The notes beneath the pieces were generated by a model. It searched no databases, had not been told where the DNA came from, and saw only the letters and a program-made list of their open reading frames with translations. Below are positions 12,715 to 25,929 of a DNA stretch of 64,000 bases, piece by piece. The stretch covers positions 11,470,001 to 11,534,000 of the forward strand of contig OZ024742.1 of the NCBI GenBank assembly GCA_964016885.1, read 5' to 3'. The DNA comes from Eledone cirrhosa (Eukaryota). The position numbers were made by a program, and so were the translations under genes. The stretch's first letter is position 1, and the number at the start of each line of letters is the position of its first letter.

Positions 12715-14106
12715 GATAATAATAATAATAATGATTTCTTTATTGGCCACAAGGGCTGACATCAAGAAAAACATCACAGACGGAACAGGACGGTACGATG
12801 TGGGTTTTGTGCGTGTAAATATTTTTTATTATTTATATAAGAAAAAAAAAAAGGACATAGAAACATATATATATATAAACAATAAAAATGTAAATTGAAA
12901 CAATGAAAAATTCCCCAATAGGGGGGAAACCTCCGAGGGTTACTCGTGGCGAAAACCACACAAAAGACCACGGTCACCCTGACCACCTGGGCAAACGCAC
13001 TCTCTCAATTTTTTCCATTTCTCAAACTACAGACGTATATTCAGAGCGGTCCCGTTCACTCGGACCATTCTCGCTACATTCACCCACCTTTCAACAAACT
13101 TGCTGGAAGGCAGCACTTGCCTCTCCACCCTGATTCTCTCTTCAAGTGAAACTTGAAAAAGTTAATTAGGGATTCGCCGAAGAGGAAAGTGTCTGTCTTT
13201 AACCTTTTTAACCTTGTCCACTACACAATCTCTTTCGCCATGGCCACCAGGCAGATGAAAACCGCCTGCCCTTCCTCCTCGAAGGAAGACGGCGAGGCCA
13301 TCTGCACAATGGATCAGTCCCACACGCGACAGCAAATGTTCGACATAGCTCCACAAGTCAGCAATGCTCGTGCACTGAACGAGTGCGTGCACGACGGTTT
13401 CGTCGCTCTGTGCGCATCTCGGACAGGCTCGGCTGACGGCACTTCGGTGCCTATAGAGCTTATCTCAAACCGGCAGCGCTCGCCGGTAGCACTGCCAGGC
13501 CAGTGATTTTTGGAAGTTATCCATAGGCCCTGGGCTGAAAGTTCTCCGGAAGAGAGCAAACAGCTGATCTTCTTCGACGCCTAGGATCTCTCCGAGAATG
13601 TCGTCGCTCTTCCCCTCCACTAGTCCGCTATACAACGCCGAGGTGGATGTTCCACCGATACTGGTGCCCAGCTGGCAGAGGGCAGTGAGCGCCTGTAGAC
13701 ATTCCAGTTTCCAAGCGCTATCCCTCGGTCTTTTTCTGTCTCAGGACTGCAGCTCCATCAAGGAGACGAGCTGTGGGAAAACGTGCCTGGCGAACGGCGA
13801 CCACACCTGTTCACCGTCAAGGAAGCACCAGAGATGTCGCAGCCTCAGCGCATGTTTGCGTATCATCAGCCATCGCATGCCAAGTCCTCCACGCAACGGG
13901 TGTTGACAGCAGATGGATCGTCTGACCATGGGAGCGCGTCCCTTCCACAAAAAGCGGAAGAGGAGGCGCTCCATTTTGGTGAGAGTTGGGCTGGAACAAG
14001 GGACGATGGTGAGGCGGTAGCAGATGACGGATGCGATGTACGCATTCGCCACCTCCGCCGGCCTTTCAGGGACAGCTTCCTCTCGGCCCATTTCTGGGTG
14101 AGGGTA
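12715..14106 (-). mobile_element. Tx1/L1-clade LINE, 5'-truncated 3' portion (decayed)
   Basis: YIASVICYRLTIVPC...KMERLLFRFLWKG...CQHPLRGGLGM (post-RT region), a Cys-rich C-terminus, and a 3' end CCTTGTGGCCAATAAAGAAAT followed by (ATT)n. Confidence 0.8.
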
Positions 14107-14120
14107 ATATATATATATAT

Positions 14121-14510
14121 GTAGCACCCATCCACTCAGATGGTGGATGGGTGCTACACGAGAATGCTGAGGATGGCTCTGAACATTAATCAGTATACAC
14201 TGAGGATGAAAAACTCAGAGCTGTATGGGAGCATCCCAAAATTCAGCTCAAAAGTGACACAGAGGAGACTGAGGTTGGCTGGACATGCTCACCGACATCC
14301 AGAGTTGACATTGCACTCAGTGCTCCTTTGGGAGCCCCTACATGGACACACTAGAAGAGGAAGACCAAGGTTAACATATGTTGATGCCCTAAGGACAGAC
14401 ACTGGTCTGTTGGAGATGCAGGATATGGCAGCGATAATGAGGGACAGAGACCGCTGGAGAGAACTCGTCCATGGATCTCGGGAATTTTACCCGCCTTAGA
14501 TAGATAGATA
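14121..14510 (+). mobile_element. RTE-clade LINE 3' fragment
   Basis: DGCYTRMLR...RRLRLAGH..RHPE...LLWEP.HG..RRGRP..TYVD.L..DTG...DRDRWR, with a (TAGA)n tail. Same family as 25238-25680. Confidence 0.85.
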
Positions 14511-14614
14511 GATATATAGGAAAATGTTTCGACTCTTGAGAGAGGGGTTGGGTGGGTGGTAGGGCTATATATATATATATATATATATATTATCATTATT
14601 TTTTATTATATATA

Positions 14615-14790
14615 GCGGTGGATTGGCAGTATCGGTAGAGGGTCGGACGCCATGCTTTCTAGCATAGAGTTAAGACCCTTGCCATTCTGAGTTCAAATCC
14701 CGCCGAGGTTAACTTAAGGGGTCGATAAAATAAAGTACCAGTTATGCACTGGGTATTTGCTGGCATGGTGCCAAAAGTAGAAACAATTAT
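14615..14790 (+). mobile_element. tRNA-derived SINE (internally deleted)
   Basis: A-box-like TGGCAGTATCGG, B-box GAGTTCAAATCCC, core GGGGTCGATAAAATAAAGTACCAG. Confidence 0.85.
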
Positions 14791-15067
14791 TTTTATTATA
14801 TATATATAATGTTTAACCCCGACGGCTATTATATATATAGTAGCCGTCGAAACGACTTGAGCTCTGCCGGCGGGGTTAAAAATTATATATATATATATAT
14901 ATTATAATAGCAAATCTAAAGAACTACCCAGCCAACCCCGTCACAGAGACACATATATATACACACATACATAGATAATACATTCATATATAATACATAC
15001 ATATACACACATGCATACATACATAGATACATACTTATATACATACATACATACATATATACATACA

Positions 15068-18000
15068 ATGGCGACCGTTGTGGTCAGTGTCCGATAATCG
15101 GACGTGTGTAATTACGGCTTACATGAAGGCAACATACCATATATTGGAAAAAGTTGAGCTACATTACGTGGTAAGATTACATACAATAATTCTACATAAG
15201 TGTTTGAACTGTAAGTGTGTTGTAAAACACCTATTTATATGAACGATACATACACTTATGATATATGAACGATACATACACTTTAACATATAAATGCAAC
15301 GTTGTTATATTACATTTATAAAGAAATATACAAGTAACGTTTTCGATTCAGAAACAAAAACATAAGTGTTTGAACTGTGAATATGTTGTGAATAAGTTGT
15401 AGAACATCTATTTATATGAATGATACATAAACTTTAACATATAAATACAGGTTGTTATATTATATTACATTCATAAAGAAAAATATACTAAGTAACGGTT
15501 CTTTTAGTTCCCGATTTAAACGATTGAAGAACAACGTTTAAAACACAGTTGTAGAATTAAAAACTAACTGAAAAGAAATATTACCCAAGCTGTGAATAAC
15601 TTTAAATTTTATTCTGACAGAACTTTGTCGAAACTTTTAAAGAAGATCATCGACTATTTTGAAAAATAAATACGAAATATTAGTGAATAGACGAACTCAT
15701 CATGGCAAAAAGTACAAGTCTCCTTCGACCAAATCGCAACTACAACCGTTGTATACAGTGGAGCTACGAGCTTAACAAAGAATTATATGAAGCATACAAA
15801 CAATCTGAACCCCAAAAGTTCGGTTTTATGCAAAGGCTAAAAACTTTATGGAACACCCAGAATTAGACTTTTCTCCAAAGCATTTAAATGAACAGGCAAA
15901 ACATATCATTAGATGTAAATTGATACATCTAACGAAATTTAGTGATACTACAAATACAGCCCTTGTAGACAACCACCCCACCTCCACTGACAGACAAAGA
16001 GAATGGCCAGCTAAATCTAACAGTGAACAGCTCACCAACAATTTTGCTGAAATCCATCCCACTTCCACTGAAGAACAGCGAGAAAGATCAGCTAACTCTA
16101 GTAGTAATTGTCACCACATCAACAACGAGGCTGAAATTCATGACTCTACTGTACAAACAGAACACCAAAAACTTGTGGACACCTTACAAGTGATATGGGA
16201 CGATATGTTTCAAGAGATACACAGCCTTAATGTGAGTGACAGACCATACAACACCAGAATCAGTAAAGAACCAACTAAATCGGAATTGGAAGCGGTGAAC
16301 GAAATAGCTGGCAATTATCTGAAGGCTATACGATCTAAAGGTGTAGAAACGACATTTGAAACGCTTAATATTTTGTTATATGTTTCAGCTGTCAATTTGC
16401 TATCATATAACACACATCTAAAACCACGCAATCAAGATACAAACAAAAAGCCTGAACCAGCGTGGATGCGAAATTTAAAAAGCAAAACTTTGTCCCTCAG
16501 ACGAAGTATCTCACACATCACAGTCGTTATGAAATGCAACATAGACAGCAACTTCACACGACACCAGGAAGACCTAAAAAAAAGTTAGAGAGACGATTTG
16601 GAGATACCAAATTTAAAACTTTGAACTCCAAATTACACCAGTTGAAACAACAACTCACAGCTACAACAGAAAGACTAAAATATAAGTCAACAGCACATAA
16701 ATGACAAGTGCTAAATAGATTGTTTGCCAGAGATCCTAAATCAGTTTATCGCAGCTTCGGTGGCAAAAGCTCAATCCCTGTAAATGACACCCCTTCAAAA
16801 CAGGTTGAGAGCTACTGGAGATCTGTATGGGAAACGGATGACGGATTCAACAGACAAACTAATTGGCTAAAAGAACTGGAACAGGACTACTGCCAACATG
16901 TCGAGACAAAACAATATGACATAGATGGGTCAATACTGGAAACAGCTCTACAGAAAATGTCGAATAGGAAATCGCCAGGCCCAGACCTCATTACAGGATA
17001 CTGGTTGAAGAATTTCACTTTCTATCGGCAAGATCTCATACGGCTGTTTACAGAAACCATTAAAGGCACACAAGAACTGCCCAGATGGTTATCAACTGCC
17101 ACTACTCTCCTCATTCCCCAAAATAGCCAAACCACCCTTGCTAAAAATTACCGCCCAATAGCCTGCCAAAATATCATGTATAAATTATATGCTGGGTGCC
17201 TTAACCTGTTCTTACAGGATCACTGTGCTACCAACAATATCATAACACCTGAGCAAGCTGGTGGAAAGAGGGAGGTGTGGGGTTGCATAGATCACCTACT
17301 AACTAATAAAATGATTCAGGAAAAAACAACAAAGAATCGCAGAAACATGACTGTGGCGTGGCTGGACTATCAAAAAGCATTTGATAGTGTACCTCATGGG
17401 TGGATTATTAAGGCTTTACAGTTAGCCAAAGTCCCACAACCACTGGTAGCTGCTGTTGAACGCCTGACCAAGAACTGGTACACCAATTTGATCCTTAGAG
17501 GTGAGAAGGAGCAAGTTAAGACTGATAAGATACATTACCAGAAGGGCATCTTTCAGGGTGATAGCTTGTCAGTGCTACTCTTCGTTCTCTCACTAAATCC
17601 ACTATCTTACCTACTCAAGGTACTATCTTACCTAAACAAGGTGGACAAAGAAGTGGGCCCAGAAGTATCTCCCATCTTTTCTTTGTTGATGACCTGAAGT
17701 TGTATGGGCCAAATATCAATGACACCAAGAAACAATTGGACCACATTACACAATTTTCAACCGACATCAAAATGAAATTTGGTGAGTCCAAGTGTGCATA
17801 TTTGGCAGTAAAACGTGGAAGAGATGTGCCCTCCTCTAGAAATCTAGAAATGAACGGCCTGACAATACAATCTCTGCAGTCAGGTGACAACTACAGATAT
17901 CTTGGACAGGATGAGAATGTCAGATATGATGGACCCATAAATAAGGAGAGAACCAGAACTGAATACCTCAGAAGAGTAAAGAAAATATGGTCATCAGAAC

Positions 18001-19294
18001 TGTCAGCGTACAAAAAATACATTGCCCACAATAATTATGCTGTGCCAATTCTAACGCCAACATTTGGCCTGCTGAACTAGTCATTGCAAGAACTAAGTGA
18101 GATGGATGTTAGAACTCGCAAACTTCTCAGTGTTACTGGGAACTTTAACATCAATGGTGATGTGGATAGGCTATACTTCTCACGCAAGGAAGTTGGCCGG
18201 GTTCTAAAATCCATATTAACAACATATGAGACCCGGATAGTAACACTGAAGCAACACATTCAACAGAGGAAAAAGGTTGGCAACCATCTTGCCCAGGTTT
18301 ATGAGCATGAAAAAAAAATATCATTAGAATAGCGACTGATCTGGAGGAGAGATATGGAATAAAGCCTGATATAAATCTCTCACCCAGAGAAATCGGAAGA
18401 TCCTATTCAATGTTCAAACAAGATGAAAAAATTGACCAATTTACAGAAAAAGTTCTGCATGGATACTTGTGACGTAAAACACAGACCATAGAGGGGATAA
18501 ACCACTCAAAAATCCTGGCATGGAGTTCCGACAAGTTTATGACATCACATCTTGAGGGATATCTCTATGCAATACAGAAACAAGAACTCCCCACGAAATA
18601 TCTGCTGCACAAAAGAGGAGGGCCAGCAACCGACAATAAATGTAGGCTATGTAAAACAAAGATCGAGTATGTAAGCCACATTGTTGCCAGCTGCGAAAGA
18701 ATGCCATCTCGCTACTACCTCCCCATGAGACACGATGGGATAGCTAGAACCATCTGGAACGCACTTCGGAAAACAAAATTAACAACAAACGAGGAAGAAT
18801 ATATTGAGACAGATGGCACTAAGGAATACTGGTGGAACCTGAAAATAAAAACTGCCACAAAATTAAAGCACAACCGGCCTGATATTGTTGTTTGGGACCA
18901 CACATTGAAAACGTGTTCTGTTGTGGAGATCAGCTGCCCACTTGATGTAAACGTTGTCAGAAAAATACAGGAGAAGGAGGACATCTACGGACCATTGATG
19001 AGGAGTTTACAAATCCAGTATCCAAGATACACCTTTAGCTTCACACCCATCATTATTGGAGCTAGGGGTTATATACCAACCCGCTTGGACAAAAGTATGA
19101 CTGAACTTGAATTTGCGGACAAAAAGCGCAGCTCCCTAATTCATAGTCTACAAATGACTGCAATAGCTGGCACCTTCAAAATTTGCAAAACATTCTTGCG
19201 ATTCAACGGATGACAATTTTTTTTCTATTACAACCTGGCCACCAGGAAGGTGGCCGGTCAAAAAAATATACTCGAAATTAAGAGAAAGAGATAA
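15068..19294 (+). mobile_element. Near full-length Dong/R4-clade non-LTR retrotransposon, inactivated by frameshifts and stops
   Basis: RT motifs YRPIAC, EQAG, WLDYQKAFDSVPH, GIFQGDSLS, frameshifted FVDDLKLY, YRYLG; CCHC knuckle CRLC..H..C; RLE motifs RH, RPDIV, EISCP. Flanked by (CATA)n on both sides. Confidence 0.9.
15702..19213 (+). pseudogene. Disrupted single ORF (RT + zinc knuckle + restriction-like endonuclease) of the Dong/R4-like element
   Basis: ORF pieces 15848-16588, 16708-17697, 17700-18080, 18084-18332 and 18539-19213 are collinear in different frames. Confidence 0.85.
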
Positions 19295-19370
19295 CATACA
19301 TACACACATACATACATACATACATACATACATACATACATACATCCTTATATACATACTTACATACACA

Positions 19371-19956
19371 CATGGTGGCTGCCAACTCATTTTCGAGTAC
19401 GGTCACTACTTTATATACATGTAGGAGAACGCCTACCGATGCGCTGAACGAGTGTGACTTTTTAGTCCAGCCAGCGACTTGAAAACTCTGGTACAAACAC
19501 TACACTTGTGACAATTATTGCCACATAGTGCTGAGCCCATGGTACCAACTGATGACAAGTGCAGAGAGGACTCCAGATATAAAGCAATGCCTGTGCCGTG
19601 AAGCTTTTATAGTGAGCAAAGGCACTGCACAAAGCCAGTCCCACCAAAAAGAAGAACAAGTCAACATCATTGAATACCATCAGGGTTGCAGGTGTTATAT
19701 CAGAGTTTTCCTTCTCCTAGAATTCTGCCTTGACAAAGGCTAAGGGGTCATCTCTCCCGGTGATTTTGGATGGCCATTGACTCTTAAGAGCTCCTTTGCC
19801 CTTTGACAGGTTTTGTTTTTAGTCCTGCAGGATGTCCAAAGTCACCCTCCTCACCAAGAATCCTTGGTGGGGTTGCCAGTTTAATCGCCAACGACCCGAC
19901 CATGGGACAGGTTATACTGGGATACATGTTACCAGTAGCACCAACTGGTGACCTGA
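19371..19956 (-). mobile_element. Non-autonomous retroelement (~590 bp, RTE-like 5' head), copy 1
   Basis: Three copies share one end next to (CATA)n and are variably truncated at the other. The minus strand has GGAGAAGGAAAACTCTGAT, similar to RTE 5' UTRs (recalled, not searched). Confidence 0.65.
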
Positions 19957-20104
19957 CATAAGTATACACACTTACATACATACATATATACATACATACA
20001 TACATACATACATACATACATACATACATACATACATACATACATACATACATTCATATATAATACATACATACATACATAGCACATGCATACATACATA
20101 CATA

Positions 20105-20662
20105 CATGGTGGCTGCCAACTCGTTTTCGAGTACGGCCACTACTTTATATCCATGTAGGAGAATCCCTACCGATGCGCTGAACGAGTGTAACTTTTTAGT
20201 CCAGCCAGCGACTTGAAAACTCTGGTACAAACACTACACTTGTGACAATTATTGACACATAGTGCTGGGCCCATGGTACCATGTGACGACAAGTGCAGAG
20301 AGATCTCCAGATATAAAGCAATGCCTGTGCCGTGAAGCTTTTATAGTGAGCAAAGGCACTGCACAAAGCCAGTCCCACTCTCTTAACCAAGATGATATTT
20401 ACCAAAAAGAAGAACAAGTCAACATCATTGGATACCATCAGGGTTGCAGGTGTTATATCAGAGTTTTCCTTCTCCTAGAATTCTGCCTTGACAAAGGCTA
20501 AGGGGTCATCTCTCCCGGTGATTTTGGATGGCCATTGACTCTTAAGAGCTCCTTTGCCCTTTGACAGGTTTTGTTTTTAGTCCTGCAGGATGTCCAAAGT
20601 CACCCTCCTCACCAAGAAACCTTGGTGGGGTTGCCAGTTTAGTCGCCAACGACCCGACCATG
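20105..20662 (-). mobile_element. Same non-autonomous retroelement, copy 2 (5'-truncated)
   Basis: High identity to 19371-19903. Confidence 0.7.
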
Positions 20663-20744
20663 CATACATACATACATACATACATACATACATACATACA
20701 TACATACATACATACATACATACATACATACATACATACATACA

Positions 20745-21258
20745 AATTAGCTGCCCAGCAGATGCCAATATAATATCAAAGATTAGTGAAAAGGAGAATA
20801 TTTATGCAGAACTGATGAGAAATCTGCAGATACTCCACCCTGATTACACCTTTAGATTTATGCCTGTGATTATTGGGGCACTGGGATATGTTAGTAACTG
20901 CCTCAATATAAATCTTGAGAAGCTAGGCTTCACAGGAACAGAAAGAACACAACTAGTTAGGAAATTACAAGTACAATCCGTTAATAGAACAGTAAAAATA
21001 TGTAAAACATTCCAAAAATGTTGCATCTAATAACTGCATGTACACATGTACAGATACAAAGCATACACACATGCACACATACAACTCAAAACATCCACAT
21101 CCACACATACAATAACATCCATATCTACACATGCATGCATACATACATATCTACCGAGTTGATGTTGTGTAAATTCCAATGAGAGAGTCGTGTGTCTATG
21201 TTAGAAACCGACTCTCTCTCTATTGGTAACACTTTGTGAAATTATAAAACCTAAAAAA
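20745..21258 (+). mobile_element. Dong/R4-like 3' fragment (different subfamily)
   Basis: ISCPADANI..KISEKENIY..LMR.LQI..P.YTF.F.P.IIGALGY...KICKTF is homologous to the end of 18539-19213. It sits inside (CATA)n. Confidence 0.85.
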
Positions 21259-21272
21259 CATATACATACATA

Positions 21273-21689
21273 CATGGTGGTGGCTGCCAACTCGTTTTCG
21301 AGTACGGCCACTACTTTATATCCATGTAGGAGAACACCTACTGATGCGCTGAACGAGTATGACTTTTTAGTCCAGCCAGCGACTTGAAAGCTCTGGTACA
21401 AACACTACACTTGTGACAATTACTGACACATAGTGCTGGGCCCATTGTACCCTGTGATGACAAGTGCAGAGAGATCTCCAGATATAAAGCAATGCCTGTG
21501 CCGTGAAGCTTTTATAATGAGCAAAGACACTGCACAAAGCCAGTCCCACTCTCTTAACCAAGATGATATTTACCAAAAAGAACAACAAGTCAACATCATT
21601 GGATACCATCAGGGTTGCAGGTGTTATATCAGAGTTTTCCTTCTCTTAGAATCCTGCCTTGACGAAGGCTAAGGGGTCATCTCTCCCGG
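21273..21689 (-). mobile_element. Same non-autonomous retroelement, copy 3 (more 5'-truncated)
   Basis: High identity to copies 1 and 2. Confidence 0.7.
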
Positions 21690-21744
21690 AAGATATATAT
21701 ATATATAAAGATATATATATCCACACATATATACATACATATAC

Positions 21745-21795
<51 letters not shown>

Positions 21796-22114
21796 TATAT
21801 ACACGTATATATATACATATATATACATACATATACATATATAGATATATAAATACATATATATACATATATATATACATATATATATACATACATATAT
21901 ACATATATATACATATATATATATACACACATATACACATATATATACACACATATACATACACATATACACATATATACATACATATATACATATATAT
22001 ACACACATATATACACACATATATATATACATATATATACATATATATATATACACATATATATACATATACATATATATATATACATATACATACATAT
22101 ATAGATATATATAC

Positions 22115-22163
<49 letters not shown>

Positions 22164-22179
22164 CATATACATATATATT

Positions 22180-22438
22180 GGGCCTTCTCTCTATATAAGC
22201 CTGTAGGTTGAGGAAAAAGAGGAAGAGAGGAAGGGAGTACTCACTCTTGGTGCTCCTGGAGATGAGGGTTGTTCATGTTTTCGGGGTGTGTACAACCCCT
22301 GTGTAACACCTCCCCCTATTGGGGATTTCAATTGTTATTTGTTATTGTATTAATAGTTCTATTTTCATATACCTGTATGTAAACTCCCCATTTGTATTTG
22401 TGCCCTTCTGTTGTGCCCTTGTGGCTAATAAAGAAATG
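22180..22438 (+). mobile_element. 3' UTR fragment of the Tx1-like family
   Basis: CCCCTATTGGGGA...CCCTTGTGGCTAATAAAGAAAT matches the reverse complement of 12730-12930. Confidence 0.65.
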
Positions 22439-23341
22439 TATCTATCTATCTATGTATCTACCTACCAAACTATCTATCTCTCAATCTATCTCTCAATCTA
22501 TCTATCTATCTATGTATCTACCTACCAAACTATCTATCTCTCAATCTATCTCTCAATCTATCTATCTATCTATGTATCTACCTACCAAACTATCTATCTC
22601 TCAATCTATCTCTCAATTTATCTATCTATCTATGTATCTACCTACCAAACTATCTATCTCTCAATCTATCTCTCAATTTATCTATCTATCTATGTATCTA
22701 CCTACCAAACTATCTATCTCTCAATCTATCTCTCAATTTATCTATCTATCTATGTATCTACCTACCAAACTATCTATCTCTCAATCTATCTCTCAATTTA
22801 TCTATCTATCTATGTATCTACCTACCAAACTATCTATCTCTCAATCTATCTATCAATCTATCTATCTATCTATGTATCTACCTACCAAACTATCTATCTC
22901 TCAATCTATCTCTCAATTTATCTATCTATCTATGTATCTACCTACCAAACTATCTATCTCTCAATCTATCTCTCAATTTATCTATCTATCTATGTATCTA
23001 CCTACCAAACTATCTATCTCTCAATCTATCTCTCAATTTATCTATCTATCTATGTATCTACCTACCAAACTATCTATCTCTCAATCTATCTCTCAATTTA
23101 TCTATCTATCTATGTATCTACCTACCAAACTATCTATCTCTCAATCTATCTATCAATCTATCTATCTATCTATGTATCTACCTACCAAACTATCTATCTC
23201 TCAATCTATCTCTCAATTTATCTATCTATCTATGTATCTACCTACCAAACTATCTATCTCTCAATTTATCTATCTATCTATGTATCTACCTACCAAACTA
23301 TCTATCTCTCAATCTATCTCTCAATCTATCTATCTATCTAC
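22439..23341. repeat. 60-bp minisatellite (~15 units) built from (TATC)n
   Basis: Consecutive 60-nt lines are near-identical. Confidence 0.95.
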
Positions 23342-23935
23342 TTATTTAGTTAATCTAATCTGTTATTAGTCGTCATAGCCGCAGGAATGACTCGAGGTTC
23401 TAAAGTTTCTTGTTAAGGCTCCATGTGACATGTGGGATGCCATGTCTTACTAGATGACGCCTCATTACAATTACAGCTAGAACAGGAATCTACTCACATT
23501 ATTCTCATCTCATGTTAATACATTTATTTCAACTACGAAAGTTAGTTTGAAGTTTTCTTTTATAAAATACACATACGTATTTTGCTTGCCCTTATTATTC
23601 CCAAAGCGAGATAGGGTGTCAAATCCTTCCTCTCAACCCTCACACCTCTGTCGAAAATAATGTTTATTCAACAAATACCTTCTGCCTAATTTGAAGACAC
23701 ACAGTTGCTTCCCTGCTCCAAATTACACAACCTTATTAACGACTTTACTTCTGCTCAGCAGTAAATGAAATATGATTAAATATATGTATGTGTTTACCTT
23801 TCTATAAAGAGTCTTGCTCCTCCACCCCATATCCATATGTATATACATAGTGAAACATTGAACGGGAACAAAACAGAGAGGCAGTACGAACAAACGTTTA
23901 TTAGTTTCACGCTCTTGAGAGTGGGGTGGTGGTGA

Positions 23936-24012
<77 letters not shown>

Positions 24013-24015
<3 letters not shown>

Positions 24016-24516
24016 CAAACGAAACAAAATTTAATTTCGTTTCGTTATTTGTTTTTATCGTCTCCGTTGAACCGGTACGTACTCACGCTCTATGCAAATT
24101 AGTCTGCCCACTACTAATTTTCATAGAAAAAGCATATAACGATATGTGCTTTTACGATTCTCTAGAAGGGCCGGAAGATAGGTAAATATTGCTGATGAGT
24201 TGTAACAACAACGAAACTAGTTCAATATTCCTTGTCTGGCTTTCTGGAGAATAGAGGAAAGGTGTTTCCTCAAAAACCAGTATGACTCTAAAAACCGGTT
24301 TGTCTGTGTGTTTACATACAGAATAGCTGGACACTCACAGTAAAGTGACCAGTGAAAAACTCGGTACATCTACATATGTATACGTGTGTGTATTCATATG
24401 CATACTAGTATTTCAGTATACATATGTGGATGTACATTTTTTACTTAATTGTTTAAGCGTCAGTCATACAAAAGTGAGTTACAAACGAAACAAAATTTAA
24501 TTTCGTTTCGTTATTT

Positions 24517-24520
<4 letters not shown>
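24013..24520 (+). mobile_element. Non-coding 466-bp unit with a 42-bp terminal direct repeat and an internal hammerhead, inserted in (TA)n
   Basis: TTACAAACGAAACAAAATTTAATTTCGTTTCGTTATTTGTTT at 24013 and 24479. Confidence 0.7.
24185..24229 (+). ncRNA. Minimal type I hammerhead ribozyme
   Basis: aatattg-CTGATGA-gttgt(aaca)acaac-GAAAC-TA-GTT-caatatt: 7-bp stem I, 5-bp stem II, palindromic ACTAGT stem III. Confidence 0.85.
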
Positions 24521-24565
<45 letters not shown>

Positions 24566-24635
24566 GAAAAAGGGATGAAATCGAAAATGCAACTGAAGTC
24601 TTATTTTTTTAAAAAATATATATATTTATTTGGTT

Positions 24636-24673
24636 CCTTTACCGGTTTCGCAGTTCTTCTGCTTTTCAAAAGG
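24636..24673 (-). ncRNA. Minimal hammerhead, U3-A8 core variant
   Basis: Reverse complement cctt-TTGAAAA-gcag(aagaa)ctgc-GAAA-CCGG-TA-aagg. It lies in a short repeat (24560-24745) that recurs at 62410-62550(+) and 63760-63890(-). Confidence 0.75.
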
Positions 24674-24738
24674 TGAGTTGAGATGGAGGGTCTGTGGTTT
24701 TTCTCCGGTTATTTTTCATTTTGTAAAAAAAACCTCAC

Positions 24739-24775
<37 letters not shown>

Positions 24776-24925
24776 CTGGTCTGTATATGACAAGTTCGTT
24801 TCTGCTTGTTTTCAGTATAGTGTCTTTCTGCGCCTCGTTGGGAAATGTCTCTTACCCTAGCCTTGAATTGATAAGCACAGTGTGAGTGAAATTTGGCAGA
24901 CGGAAACTCTGCAGAATCCCATCGG

Positions 24926-25237
<312 letters not shown>

Positions 25238-25239
<2 letters not shown>

Positions 25240-25678
25240 AAAGCGGGTAAAATTCCCGAGATCCATGGACGAGTTCTCTCCAGCGGTCTCTGTCCCTCAT
25301 TATCGCTGCCATGTCCTGCGTCTCCAACAGACCAGTGTCTGTCCTTAGGGCATTAACATATGTTAACCTCGGTCTTCCTCTTCCAATGTATCCATGTAGG
25401 GGCTCCCACAGGAGCACTGAGTGCAATGTCAACTGTGGATATCGCTGAGCATGTCCAGCTAACCTCAGTCTCATTTGTGTCACTTTTGAGCTGACTTTTG
25501 GGAAACTCCCATACAGCTCTGAGTTCTTCATCCTCAGTGTATACTGATTTATGTTCAGAGCGATTCTCTGCATTCTCGTGTAGCACTCATCCACCATCTG
25601 TGTGAGTTTCTTGGTCAATGTCCAAGTCTCAGACCCGTACAGTAGCACAGACTCCACTACAGCAACGAAGAGACGGAT

Positions 25679-25680
<2 letters not shown>
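25238..25680 (-). mobile_element. RTE-clade LINE 3' fragment
   Basis: VESVLLYGSETWTLT...RLRLAGH...LLWEP.HG...RGRP...DRDRWR. Confidence 0.9.
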
Positions 25681-25726
<46 letters not shown>

Positions 25727-25855
25727 ATAAAAATATGTGCGAAGACAGGAAACTGAACGAATAAAGACATTAGTCCCATCTCATTAGTCGACCGCTAGAG
25801 GTATGTTTTTTCGGTACAATGGTCTGTAACAATGGACAAATGATAAGATAATAGC

Positions 25856-25929
<74 letters not shown>

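Noticed and set aside
14615-14710. tRNA genes suggested by A/B boxes
   Set aside because: These are SINE heads followed by the SINE core; no complete cloverleaf.
22319-23369. 344-aa and 325-aa ORFs
   Set aside because: Translations of the 60-bp minisatellite.
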